Source: Paraphysomonas bandaiensis (lineage: Eukaryota > Protista > Chrysophyceae). From it: a stretch of DNA of 64,000 bases. Position numbers and translations under genes: made by a program. Where the stretch lies: assembly GCA_965644295.1 (NCBI GenBank), contig CBFFRP010000423.1, positions 326,272 through 390,271 of the forward strand, written 5' to 3'. Numbering within the stretch: position 1 is the first letter of the stretch; each line of letters opens with the position of its first letter. Positions 36,901 through 49,900 of this stretch are shown in pieces. The notes beneath the pieces are model-generated. The model made no database searches. It had not been told where the DNA came from and worked only from the letters and a program-made list of their open reading frames with translations.

Positions 36901-38751
36901 TGCCATTCTCTATATTGAGTACACTCAAGAGAAGATGGTTGATGAAAATCATGGCATCTTTTGTGGAAGAGTACAGCTCTCCGAAGTCCCACGTAGTATC
37001 TGATATGAACAGCACTTCATGCAAAACAAGAACAAAATGTACAGAAACTACTATATTTCTTGTGATGGGGGTGCCCATTAGAAAAGATATAATCATTTCA
37101 TCTCTACAAAATTCCGATGCCAGCAATTGAGTAACATAACCAGATAAGGCCTTCAACGAGGAACAGAGAACTTCCAACGTCGTCTTTACTTCTATCCTTA
37201 ACGGAATATCATCACTGTCAGTGTTTTTGAATTGCTCGTATGGAGAAAATGCACCAATATTTTCTGCATGCGTTACCAGTCTGGGCAGGAGTTTCGATGT
37301 TATCCGGTCAGAGGTACTCGATAACTCGTGTAACGAATAAGCGAGGCTGGAGGCACATATGGTCGTATATAAATGTTCCGAAATCGCAATCAGATTTGGT
37401 TTCTGCTTCATATCGGTGTCCCTATAGGCATTCATACTAATTAGGGTATCTACAAGCACGCCGCATGCTGTCATACGGTGCTGTCCGTTCTCTGCTCCAT
37501 TCTTCACAGGATAGACCACAGTTTCGGTGCATAGTGCAAGAGCGGCATTAAAGTTACTGCAAACATTCTCTAAAAGAACTCTAGTAAGGCCCGCAGAAAT
37601 ACTCCAGCGCTCCGATTTGCAGAGTTTGTGTATCTGTCCCACTACCATTTCCATCCCACCAGTATCCAGGAAATACTCAAGAATGTGTCCAGACCCCTAT
37701 TCGTGAATATAAGAACCGTACATAAGAACGAAATGTACAATACCGCACCATGATGAGGCGGAGAAATTGAAAATAATCTGAGATCTTCTGTTTTTCATTC
37801 GTATGTTCTGCTTCCAACTTTTGTAGACAATCTGTCGCCGCAGTGCATAGTGCCAAGCACGTATCGGGATGCACAACCTCGGATAGTACAGCATTCGCTT
37901 CTCCAGCTTCACATCTCTGCACAAGAAATGTAACAAGAAATATAAGGCAAATCGAGAGCCATATGAATGTAATGGTACTGTACCTGCAAGCATTGCCGGA
38001 GCGCCTCGACCACATCGTGGGAAACCTGACCAGACTTAACGGACTCTGCCTTAAGATTTAGTCTAGCAGCAGCAGATGCCGATACTAATCTATTAGGAGA
38101 CCAGGAACAGATGTAGTTTCGCACATCATAGAAAAGGTTTTTCTTAATAGACGTGTGAGAACTAGTCGATTCCGTCCACCATGGTGAAAGACATGAGTCG
38201 ATCGTGGGATACACATAGGGGTCGTCAATAACCCTCGTGTGGTGCAAACTTCTTGTTGACAATGCCCCAGCCTTCGTATACAGGCCTTCGAGACACGTTC
38301 GGGGAGAGCGGTGCAATAACGACGAAATATCGTCGGAGACTGTGTCGTCGTCAACACCCTGGCCATGTACTGCAACAGAGAGTACATCAAAGGAACCGCT
38401 GAATGCTATGTAGTTTACAGGGTGAAGTTCGATTCCAGAAATTACAGGCACCCATTCTACACCACCCGATACATACTCCAAATCAATTGCAGGTATAAAT
38501 TTCATTTTCTGTGGAGAAAACACATACATCTTGCACGAGAAGTGGCCCGTGTTTCTACTGGGCCAAGTTCTGCCTCTAATATTCATTTCTGGACGAAACA
38601 CATCGTGCGGAATGATATGAATCCCTTTTAACACAGCGGCATTCGCGAGTTGGATAATATAAACCTGATCCGTGTGTGTTGCTGTCACATGACCACAAAA
38701 CACTGTGCTCTCCTGTATGCGACGGAATGCACCGCCTGATTGATGATGCAT
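33914..38751 (-). CDS. Virilizer/VIRMA-like large helical-repeat protein
   Basis: N-terminal ..IHIIP..GRTWPS..FSCKMY..FSGSFDVLSVAVHG resembles VIR_N, followed by a long alpha-solenoid and a Pro-rich tail. Introns 37917-37983 and 37697-37748 splice in frame. Confidence 0.6.
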
Positions 38752-39108
38752 CACTCTCACAATTTTAGTTTAATAAAGGGTGGATAGTGCTACTGCAAGA
38801 ACATGACTAAAACAGAACATTGTTGTGATAAGTGAGTGCTGTCTCTCCTGCTGCTGCACTTGTACCTTCCAGTGTATGTGTACCTATATATATATATATG
38901 TATGTGCTGTGTTTGACTGCATTACCCGACAGATATTCACACAGCAGTACATATTATACAGCACTATACGGCGGTATACCATAGAAGTGCAGTGAAGTCA
39001 GAGTCCCACGCACAGTGGTGACTATAGTCATGCTATCGTAGTCACTCACTCTTGCCCCGGACCTCACTATGAGAGGGAGTCGTGAATACGACGCGCTGAA
39101 TTCCACAT

Positions 39109-40098
39109 ATGGAAACCCCATCCATAAAAACTAATGAGGGATCGTGTGTCGTGTATAACACATGCAGTAAGTCTCCGAGCAATGTCTCTGGTGTGATATC
39201 TGAGGAAGAGCACCTCGCTGATCTATTCTTTACCCTAGCTAACTCCCCATATGTGGGTTATGAATTAAACGACAGTCTTGTACGTGTGCGCCAGAACATA
39301 AATGCGAACAATACTACAGGAGGAATAGTGTGGGAGAGTGCCTATCTGCTGGTAGATTATATAGCTCAGTTACCCCGTGTGGAGGGCAGAAGTGTCATAG
39401 ATCTTGGAGGTGGGGTAGGTTTTCTAGGATTAGTTCTGTCCAAACTGAAGTACAGTGTTACGATTACAGAGTTCGATGAGCGTTCACGATGTAGTAGTCC
39501 AGCGTCCGGTGTTTATGAACTGCTCGAAAAGAATGTCTTAGAATTTAATTCTGGATTAAATAATTTAAAAGAGGCTGTGCGTGTCTGCCGGCTTGACTGG
39601 ACTCGCTCTCGACAGGATATTACAGAGTGGGTAAATGCTGGAATATTTAGTCAGAATGAGCTGCAGAGTGGTTTCGAATTGGTTGTTGGTACAGATGTTT
39701 TGTTTAGTCCAGCACTAGTGCGGCCCCTTCTCTCTACTGCATCTCAACTTACACGAGAGGTATCGGGTGAATGCATGTTTTGCATGCAGATCAGATGTGA
39801 AGATAGCCATAAGTTGTTCTTAGAAGCAGCTCATGAGTACTTCGATTGTGTGCGTGATATTTCCGAGGAGGTGTACACCACTCCTGGTTGTGAGTGGGGC
39901 AAAGCGATGGAGTGCCTTGTCTTTAGAATGACAGGTGGGAAAATGAAATTGGTATTACAGTCAGAAGAAAATCATACTCTTAAGCCGAACACAAATAATA
40001 AAAGATCGCGGCTGTCGTCATGTACTGCAGCGGCTAGTGATTCAAGTAGCGGTATGAAAACGAAATTGAGAAAACATAAGAAGCATAAAATTTCTTAA
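39109..40098 (+). CDS. METTL21/Methyltransf_16-family SAM-dependent protein methyltransferase
   Basis: TGGIVWESAYLL, VIDLGGGVG, RLDW, ELVVGTDVLF. Confidence 0.9.
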   Translation: METPSIKTNEGSCVVYNTCSKSPSNVSGVISEEEHLADLFFTLANSPYVGYELNDSLVRVRQNINANNTTGGIVWESAYLLVDYIAQLPRVEGRSVIDLGGGVGFLGLVLSKLKYSVTITEFDERSRCSSPASGVYELLEKNVLEFNSGLNNLKEAVRVCRLDWTRSRQDITEWVNAGIFSQNELQSGFELVVGTDVLFSPALVRPLLSTASQLTREVSGECMFCMQIRCEDSHKLFLEAAHEYFDCVRDISEEVYTTPGCEWGKAMECLVFRMTGGKMKLVLQSEENHTLKPNTNNKRSRLSSCTAAASDSSSGMKTKLRKHKKHKIS

Positions 40099-40405
40099 TA
40101 AGAGGTACTCTTTTATTTTCGTTAAGGGGTGTTAAAAAGATTTTGCAACGTATGTACTTTCATATGTGATTATAGTTTTTTTTGCCGTCACCCTTCAATT
40201 TGCAATACTTTTATTAAAAGGTCGATGTGTGTTGAGATGAACTTATGAGTGGGGGTGTCCGCCTAGCACTATGTGCTATATGTACTTAACAGTTTTTTTA
40301 GTAAAGTAGTAATAATTTTGTAGTAATGTGCTTATAAGTGTGAAAGTGCCAATGACTTCAACTGTACTAAATAATTGGACCTAGTCATTTCGGTGTAATT
40401 CCTAG

Positions 40406-41153
40406 CAGGGATAGGGAACAATATATTGCAATATTATTGTTAGATAGCGTTCCATCAATAGTATTGATGGATTTTTCAAACCGGTCCTACAATACAATTA
40501 CAATATATTGCAATATATTGTCAATGTATTGCGATATATTAGTTTGACTAATCAGTAGGTAAACACATCCGTAGATTTCATTTTTAGTATTAGTCATTAA
40601 GATCACATGACAACCAAACCAACTGCTGCTTATAGCTACTAAAAATCCACCTCGTCCTCATCCTCTGAGCCATCATCGGTGAGGTCAACATCACCATATT
40701 CATCCACAGAATTAATTGAAATATGTTAGTATCCGGCCATAACTGTCGAAGAGCTTTCTAAAACAACAGCATATTAAGTAGGATGGATACTTTTGCGCAA
40801 CACTGATATAATATGTTTAGCTGTGCTGAACAGACGTTCCCATGTATTGGAAGTACATACCAAGGCCAGGCAACCGTTAATGACTCGTGGATCTGTACGT
40901 TTCTTAATTTTTTGAGCTGACTGAAGATTATTATCTCGGTTATTTATATCCATTTTGCACCCTACAGTTGAGAATCTTCTCTTATATGACTATCATAATA
41001 TTGATTGCAATATATTGCAATAGTATTGTGAGCTCTTTTAGCAGAAACACTATTGATGGAATATTTGACCAGTCCACCAATCAATATATTTTACAATATA
41101 TTGCAATATATTGTACAATGTATTGCAATACAATATATTGTTCCCTATCCCTG
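40406..41153 (-). mobile_element. Non-autonomous hAT element (young)
   Basis: Perfect 23-bp TIR CAGGGATAGGGAACAATATATTG. Perfect 8-bp TSD ATTCCTAG (40398-40405 and 41154-41161). Minus-strand TSNTWERLFSTAKHIISVLRKSIHP dimerisation remnant. Confidence 0.95.
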
Positions 41154-42123
41154 ATTCCTAGTCACACCGAACAGTGTAAAAACCTTTGTCCAGGTGTTAA
41201 AAATCTCGTCATTAAATATTTCATATTTTCAGTTTACAATGACTTAGTCGATTATGCACTTAGTCATCAATTAATTAATAAATGCAGATATAGTATATTT
41301 ATTACTTTGATTAGGTTTTTATACCAAAATCAGTGTGACCAGAGGTAAGACAACCTATTTGACCAGGTTGAATAATATTTTCCTAAATAATTATTATTAT
41401 AGTACTAAAGGAACACTATATATATAACCGCGTATATCGTATTCAATTATACTGTTTAAACTTCACTACTAAAATATTTCTAAATAGTGAGGTTTGAGTA
41501 CTGAATAATGACCATTATAATAAGATGAATTTCCTAGTCGCACCAGTATTACTTATTGTCATATTGTCATTGTAGTTATATTTAACCACCGGTAATAAGG
41601 AGGCAATATCGTACCGAGTTTTAAATAAGTATTGGACTAGGGGAGATACTCCTTATTCCTAGGTTATTATATTGTAGCTTATTCTCATAATGTTGAAAAC
41701 CGAATATATACATCTAGAATGTACAACTATTTGTATCTTGCTTCCTGTTTTAAATAGAAAATAGATTCCTCTCTCTGATTAACATCGAGAAAAGTATTCT
41801 TTCAAATATTGGTATCTAAACATCAGCTTTAGAGAATGTCAATTGCGCTAGATTAATTCAAATTTTAAAATTTACTACAACAACTATGTACCTAACACAG
41901 GAGTATACAGATGGAATATCAACAACGAGGTATTGAAATTCTTACATAAACGCGATGATGAATAATGTAAAAAATTGTAGTCGCATGAGGCTTCATGTCG
42001 TCGTTGGCATATCACATCGAATTTATGTACAACATCACGCTTTGTGTATGATATCCGGCACATAATCTTGATAAGCGTGACGTGACCAAACCTGAAAGGA
42101 CTTCAAAGCATACGCAGCAGTGT

Positions 42124-42405
42124 GCAAGCAGAATATTGATATACCTGACATCTGCTGACTTTTGAGTCCTTAAGATGAATAGCCCAGATGTTTGACTTTA
42201 GCAGACAGCCGAATACCCTGGATGTCAGTTTATTCGTCAGAGCCCAAAGACAGCTACACAAGTGTCACTTATATTGGTGTCCCTTGTACCCAACAAGAAT
42301 TCGTTTCTGCTGTCTATGTTAGCGGCTCACGTTAGTTTCCCCGAGAAAGCCCTCCGGTACTTATCCCCAGAACACTAAAAGGTGCGAGTCCGACTTTGTT
42401 GAGGG
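42124..42405 (-). mobile_element. SINE-like element, 5' part (copy S4)
   Basis: Reverse complement starts CCCTCAACAAAGTCGGACTCGCACC and lacks the 3' module. Confidence 0.85.
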
Positions 42406-42444
42406 CATAACACTGTAATAATAATTTATAATATATATATGTCA

Positions 42445-42530
42445 CCTCAACAAAGTCGGACTCGCACCTTTTCGTGGTGTTCTGGGGGGTAAGTACCTGA
42501 GATATTTCTCCGGGAAACTAAGGTGAGCCG
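42445..42530 (+). ncRNA. Candidate HDV-like ribozyme fold at the SINE 5' end
   Basis: Order P1 CCTCAAC, P2 CGG(A)CTCGC, P3 ACC, L3 TTTTCGT, P3' GGT, P1' GTTCTGG, GG, P4, CTAA, one extra base, P2' GTGAGCCG. Length 86 nt. Confidence 0.5.
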
Positions 42531-42931
42531 CAAACATAGACAGCCGATAATTTTCTGCCCATTCATATAGCCAAATGCTTGTGTGGTACAAGGGACACCA
42601 ATAAGTGTCACTTGTGTAGACGTCTTTGGGCCCTGACGAATAAACAGGCATCCGGGAATAGGCCCACCTCAAGGGCATTCGGGACAGGGCCCACCTGAAG
42701 GGTAACCGGGGTATTGGGTTGCCTGCTGAAGTCAAGCATCCGGGATGTTCACCATAAGAACGCAGAGCGGAAGTGGTCGCACCTTGGTGCTTCCGTAGCG
42801 TTAAGCAGTAGGATAAAAAAAGTGTGTACTGATTAGTTACAGGTAGAGGTCTAACTAGTTTGACTAGTATTCATCTAGCTACTAATTTGGTGCAGGTTTT
42901 TAACGCCTATTGCTAATAATAAGACTTTCAA
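42445..42931 (+). mobile_element. Full-length SINE-like retroelement (copy S5)
   Basis: 18-bp TSD TATAATATATATATGTCA (42427-42444 and 42932-42949). Non-coding. 3' end shared with the LINE remnants. Confidence 0.92.
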
Positions 42932-42987
42932 TATAATATATATATGTCATTTTAATCCGTTAATATTTTGTGTTGAGTGTTGAGGAG

Positions 42988-43067
42988 CACGTTAAATGGT
43001 AGGACATCAGAGTTAATCACAGACACTTAAACGCCTATTGCTAATAATAAGACATTCACTACGACTA
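42988..43067 (+). repeat. Extra 3'-module fragment of the SINE/LINE family
   Basis: gttaaatggtaggacatcagagttaatc...acgcctattgctaataataagacattcactacgactag. Confidence 0.8.
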
Positions 43068-43447
43068 GGTTGAAAGATACATATATAGACTTTTATATCG
43101 ATTTCATCACATTTATAATATATAATAACTAAACGTGACGCAGTTATACGCTACAGCAATTGTCGTGAGGCTACATCATAACTCTTCATAGAATCCAATT
43201 ATACTACTTTATATGCTTCAATAGGAATTGATTAATATCACAAATAAGTTCATGGCTGCTCACTTTTGTCACCAAATCTGCCATTGTAAGCGTTAAAATG
43301 AATCTAAAAATAATAATACTAATGCAGACACTTCACCGTGTCGTACTCATTTGCGGGTCTCAATATACACTGATTCAATCGTAAAAATAACAACTGCAGT
43401 AATAATCATGCATCTGAAATAGAAAGGTCGAATATCTGAATTGGCAC

Positions 43448-46400
43448 TTAACGAAATTTACTGCCTTTTCGATAGTCCTTGTGATTCGGCTCTATCCATT
43501 CTGGTCTATCGTCACCAATGAAGGGTGCCACTGTAGAATATCCCTTACTGCCATGTTTCTTTGAGCCCCCCTTGAACATTCCTTTTCCCGGGAACGAAAA
43601 CTTCCTACGCTTCTTAACGGGAACCTTCCTGTCATACACACCAGATTCCGATGATGTATGCAGGACCTCACCACTCCTGTGATTGAGGCCCATAATATCA
43701 TCATTCGGTTTTACAACGCGCTTTGATTGAGAAGGTCTGCGAGATTCGCGTACTGGGCGCGACGTTGTCTCAGGACTTAGTACAAGACCGTTGTAGAAGT
43801 CCTCCTCATCCTGGCACCTACCGTTTTCGTGATTCTCTCGTGCTTCAGGTGTGCGAGGATCCGGACGTTGGCATATATCGGCGCTGCTGTCAACTAGTAC
43901 TTGATCATGCAAAAGGTCAATCTCTTTGTTAAGTTTACGCTGAAAATACTGAGCCTGTTTAATTGCATCTTGAGCTGCCGTTTTAGCGATGAGTGCAAAC
44001 TTCGATTCATTTTCTGCTATTTCTTTCGCACGTTGCAGATCAGCCTCGAGCTTGGCACGATTATTCACTTCCTGTAGAACCTCTTCCTTTAGTTTCGATA
44101 AGTCATCTTTCGTGTTATTTAAACGCTTCTCTACTTCCGCTCTTGCTCGACACTCAAGAAAGAGACGGGAGGAGAGAATGTCGAAACTGTTTCTGATATT
44201 CAAAAGGGCTGCTTTTGCCTCTGCCACACTCTGTTCAGACATATGTGGGCCCAGAACATTCATGACTTGCGCCCATTCTTGTTTTATATCCTTCTGGTTG
44301 GAGGGTTCCAAAACACTCGACCCTTCTCCACGGGACATTAGCTGAGAAGAGAGTGTTACTAATTCCTCGGTGGCATTTCGACAGATAATCCTATCAGACA
44401 TGTCTTTGCGTACTATCTCTATAATACGATCCAACTCCGTCTGCAGTCTGTCAACCTTAGAATTGGCAATAGCGGCACTCTGTTTCTCCCTGTCCAGAAG
44501 CGCCAGAGCCTCTGCATATTGACGGGAAAGCTGTTCGTGTCGAAGTAAATAGTCTGCAAGATTCTCGCGCAGTTTATTCGCTTCGTTTCTATATAATATT
44601 AAGTCAGGCCTTTGCTCCAGAAATTTCATTCCAGTCACATTTGAGCAACAAAACATAGGTCCCATTCATGCAATTACATACCTTGTCTTGTTGAAATCGG
44701 TAGAAAGAGCCGTGTATTTCTCACGGATCTCATTCTCTGTCATGATGCGAGCCTTTTCTTGTTTCAGTCTCTCCAACAGGGCATTCGTGTCCGCAGAATA
44801 CCTCTGCAGCACTCCACTATGATCTTTGTACCGTTTAACAGCCTCTTCAAGCTGCCTGGAGAGATCTTTCTGTATAATACGTAACTCCTCTGAAGTAAGA
44901 CCCACCCTAGAGCATATTTGGTTCAGGCTACCCAATGACTGCATGACACCACGCCAGTTGGAGACATAATTACATAACACACGCCCCTAGACACCAGCAA
45001 ATTTAGAAGTAGGACCGCAGAAAAAGTAAGAATATGTTAGCAAAGGACTATACCTGCTCGGAAAATAAAGTAGAAAATTCGGAGTTTGTGCGAGAAAGGG
45101 ATGCTGTTGAGAGTGCAGTTGCTAATATTCCATTAACGATGACACCACTGGTAGATTTTATTAATCCAACCCTCGGCATAAGAGACAAGGTAACTTCTCC
45201 TACTCCTCTACCATCCAATCCCTGAATCCCAAGATTTATGGTAATCAAATTACCTGGAAAATTTCCTTCAAAAATAGTATCAGATAGTGGTGCCTTCCCC
45301 TCTCCGACAAGTACGGGTGCTTGGAGTGTAAAGTCGTCCCAAACATGAACAATTAGAGGTTCCGATGGATCAGACAATATCAATTCACCATCTACTTCCT
45401 TCCATGAGGCATCTCCACCTCCTCTCGGTATAGCTTTTGTTTTCACTGAGGACCCACCCAATGATACTTCCACATAGGGGTCCAGTTTCTCGCCGTGCTG
45501 ATTCCCAGATACACCACTTAGTGTGATACTTTGTATTCCAAGACGCAGACAACCATTACCGTGTAGATCCGAATTTACCGTACCCAACGAACGCTGAGCC
45601 TCTGCTACCACGCCTTCAAGACTATTATTGACGCTGCCCATTGATCGATGAAGCCCATTCACCTCTTGAAATATCGCCCCAAGGGATTTATCCAACCACT
45701 GTCCAAGTCTCTCGCTGTCCTCGATATGGGCATCCAGCTGATTTTCTAGTTCCATCATTTCACCCCTAAGTCTTAACACCAGCTCCTCACGACGTGTAAG
45801 TTCATCCTGATATGTTTGCTCTCGTTCTTCTAGTTCTATAATACGAGCCTTTTGTTCCTCCACAATATCCTTTAGGCTCGCCATGAGCGGAGTTTGACCA
45901 ATGGGGTTCACTTCCTGCATATCAGGCCTGTACATACATATATAACATACAAATCTACAAAACAAAAATAATATTACTTTTCAGAAGCTATATTAACCGG
46001 AGCTGAGCTTCGTAGAATCGAGCGATTGTCATAGCAGCGTCCGAAATGCAACCATGTCTCCTACAAAACTTTCAGATCGGAAAATACAACAGTATAGCCT
46101 TACAATATTTCTAGTTACAGTATCCAGAGCTTCTGTCACATTATTACGGCCCTCACATTCACTTCGCCATTGAGATACTATTATATCAGATAAATTGCTG
46201 TCGAACTTTCCGATGTCGTGTAAATTCTCAGCAGTCATAACGTCCATGTCAGTCTTCGACAAGCTCAGGCTCAATAAATGCGATCTTTGCTCATCAGATA
46301 TACCAAAAAGGGAAAAAAAGTTAATAATATCTGACTTCTCCCACATACCCAAAATACTCAAGATAGCACTATAATTCGAGAGCAGGCTGTCAAACAAGTA

Positions 46401-46470
46401 GCGGTTCGTGGAAATCGATGTCGCCGCAGTTACTTTATATACCAGGCAACATTGGTGAAGAGGAACTTAT
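43448..46470 (-). CDS. Multi-exon coiled-coil protein with a C2 domain and possible N-terminal SAM-like domain
   Basis: Consecutive same-strand ORFs separated by GT-AG introns. C2: LDPYVEVSLG..KTK..ASW..VHVWD..LVGEG. SAM-like WEKSDIINFF..MTAENLHDIG. Start codon uncertain. Confidence 0.7.
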
Positions 46471-46935
46471 AGCGCTATGAATGAAACCATAATAACGTTA
46501 ATGAGTACTAATATATAGGGAAGTATGGTTCATGACATGAATATGAGAGCAGAGCAGAGCAGTCATGTGACAGTTATTCTCATCGTCTTCTTCAGATACA
46601 GCAGTATATCCACCGTATACCACACTGACTGCTATGGTCTGGAGTGGTATTGTATGCCGCAAGTAAGTTAGCTATCTTCACTCCAGCCGTACTAACGGCC
46701 AATCATCCGCTATTGAGCCGGTTGAATATCTGATCTTTTCATGATAGTTTGTTCTTTGTGTTTTATGGAATATACATGCGTGTATATATAGCTGCAGCTG
46801 TATGGTGTACATGATATACTGTATGTGTCCTCCAGACCTGTTTCGTACAGCTGATACTCACCAAACGATAACAAAGTGTGATAGGCGGTGTATACAAACA
46901 AAACCAGTGTATGCACTTTGCATTAGTGGGTAAGT

Positions 46936-49900
46936 ATGGGAAGGTTAGTACGCAATCAATGCAGTTGTTACAGGGTGTTAATAGTACTTGTCATCGCCAT
47001 CAATATTGTCTGGGTTCTTGTTGTGATGAGCAATTTATTGGAGAACTTGGATAGAATAGCATTTAAAGAGAGGCATTCACCATCGGTACATGTATTTGAT
47101 CAGGCATCGAGCTTGAGAATTCTCCATCGTCGCCTTGGTGTCGATGTGCGTGAGCATGGCAACCTCGATTCTCGTCCTGTTGGTTTTATACCTTGTGGTG
47201 CTCTTGTGGTGGTGGATTATAAAATCCAGTTTCTACGTGAAGTTTCGCCGAATAGTAGCGAGCGTTCACTATCCTGGGTATATATATCATTCCCCCAACG
47301 TGGATGGGTGCCAATCGAGTTTCTAGGGTCATCTACACCTCCTATAGGAGGTGCAGCAGTTAGTCGAAATCACCCTATTGCGCAGTTGGAGGAACATATG
47401 GATATAGAATCCTTGAAAAGTACGAACGACCGTTCATCGACAGTGTTGTCGTGGAATATGCGGACGCCTAACTCATCCAGACCCATGGATTCATCATCGT
47501 GGTTGGACCAGATTCCTGTGGGTTGGTATAATTACGTTCCATACGGTTCGTATGTCAGTCACGTATGTAGGTAATGGACGAATTGGCGCTCTTGTTGGTG
47601 GAGGTATAGATGGTGAAGTAATTCCCATATCTATGGCTGGTTTCTATGTAAGACAGAAGCGGAAGGGGCAATCGAGTGTTGTTGGTAGCTCCAATTTCTT
47701 TAGACAGAGCAGAGAACTACTGATGCAGGGGAAAGTTCAGGAAAGTGCCCGGATACTGTCAAAGACTATCAGTTCTGATCCACTTGGTATGTTTCAATAC
47801 ATTTGCGATCTGGTAGTAGTCTTCTTTCCGGGCAGCGGTAAGAGTTCATCATCAACTCCTACTTCTGTGCCCCAACATCTCTTGAAGCCTCCACCTGTTA
47901 GGATGTCGATGGGTGGTAGGGACAATCTGTTGAATTCTATAAAAAAAATTCTTTCTGTCAAGAGGACGTATGGAGAACCGGAGTATGCCCGACGAACCCT
48001 GGACACCGCTACTGGACTAGCAAGTACAGTACAGCTCGGTCGGTCGGAAAATGGAAAGGACCTACATTTTCACTCGAGAGAATGGTTTGCATCTGCCGTG
48101 GATAGTGTGATAGTGGGTGACATCAAGTGTCGTGAGGTAGATTCTGCGTTAAGCAAAGGATGTGTTCATGCGGGTATTGCACTTGGCCGAGAGATGACCA
48201 TGAATGGACCTAACGTTAAGCTCGGAGAGAAACATTGGAGAACAGTGAGGTGGTCAGACAGGATAGATTATAACATAGAGCTCACAGAAGGAAGGGTTTA
48301 TGGTTCTTTGGCCTTAAGTCTATCTCTAAGAAATGTTCATGGAGATACGACTGAGCATGAAGGGGCTGAAGTGTGTGGAGTGCTACGATGTATTAAGGAT
48401 AACCATCACTCTGCTTATGGTGAGTGCTTAAAATGTAGTGTAATGCTTTGACCTCATTCATAGTTGATGTGATAAAAAAATCCGGTGAGAAAGTTATATG
48501 GTGCTCTGATGCTGACCAGTTAGTGATAGTACTTTCCGTTTTACCGGGAAATTATTCTTCAGACTTCACAGATGAATCAAGTGCTCAGGATTCTCATATT
48601 GAAGGTGTGAGGCGATTATGTTGGAATATTGTGGAACAAGCAGTGGAGCTAGGGGTAGACCAACTACGGTATCGTCATGTTAAATGGTTTTCAGAGCGAA
48701 TGAGCAGCACCACTGTGCGATTACACCCTTTTAAGGTTTCACCGTTAGAAAGTGGAGCTAAAGTTTGTGAGGATGTCACTATCTCCTCTCAACTAGCTTG
48801 TATGCGGAACCCTGCTTTAAGGTTATCCCACCCTTCTATTGCTCGTCTTATGTCTTCGTCTTTTTGGTTCAGCAAGTATTTACTCTTGTCGTCCTCCTCT
48901 GTCCATGTCAGTAATCTGCAGGGTCTTTGGGCGGATGGTCCAACAAGTGCCTGGAATGGTGACTACCACCTCAACATAAATCTACAGATGACTTACTGGC
49001 CATCTCATGGAATGGGCATACATGGGACAGTGGGAGGACCGCTGGTAGAATTTATACGACGTTTAGCTAAAGCAGGTGAGGTAACAGCTCGAGAGCTTTA
49101 CGCCTGTCGAGGATGGGTTGCACATGGCTTCACAGACGACAAGCTCAATACCGGAATACGCGGAAATCTCGAGTGGGCACTTTGTGTAACATGTAATGAT
49201 AAACCTACATGTATTGTATATTACTTTAACTTTATCCTATTTAGGTGGAGCATGGTTAGCGTTACATTTGTGGGAACACCTTATTTATACGTATAACACG
49301 GAATTCCTTCACAGCACATTTCTTCCTGTCTATCGCTCTCTTCTGATCTTCTATTTGGATTATATGTTTGAAGGGTCGGATGGTATTATGCACACTGGTC
49401 CCACAACATCACCCGAAAACTCGTTTGAACTGCATGTTGGAGAGGGTGCTGAGTTTGTAAACCTTTCGAAAGGCAGCCGCTCATCCCGCTACCAGCAGCT
49501 GGCGCTTAGCCCTGCCATCGATATGGCTGTTCTACGCCAAGTCTCAAACGCCTTTTCGTTGGCAGTGGATTGGTGCAGTCAAGAAGGCTCGGGTTCTAAC
49601 AACCAGCTGGAAGATGACCACAACTTAGGTATTACGAAATTGCTTTTACTTCAGAACATACCTTAAGTGAATGTTTCAGCCCGCCGGTTCCGTTCTATGA
49701 TACAGAGAACACGAAATAAGGCGAACCCTATTGTTGATGAGAGGTCCGGACTGGTGGTAGAGTACCCATTCAACCAGTGGATTAAGCTGGGGCCCCCGGA
49801 TGTTACGTCTTCGACTCATAATCGGACAACCGATATTGTTGGTGTTAATATATCGGAGACTTTTGACCTTGGACACAGGCATTTCTCCAGTCTTTTATGG

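Noticed and set aside
42485-42530. 5S rRNA-derived SINE head
   Set aside because: Only the AGTA/GAA motif resembles 5S; the rest does not align by eye.
42620-42660. Hammerhead-like CTGACGA
   Set aside because: No stem II followed by GAAA, so the core cannot be assembled.
42442-42735. Short ORFs in SINE copies (also 30876-31067 and 53689-54066)
   Set aside because: Frames are not conserved among copies.
43040-43070. Helitron-like CTAG end
   Set aside because: Other copies end in (ACT)n and have long TSDs, which Helitrons do not make.
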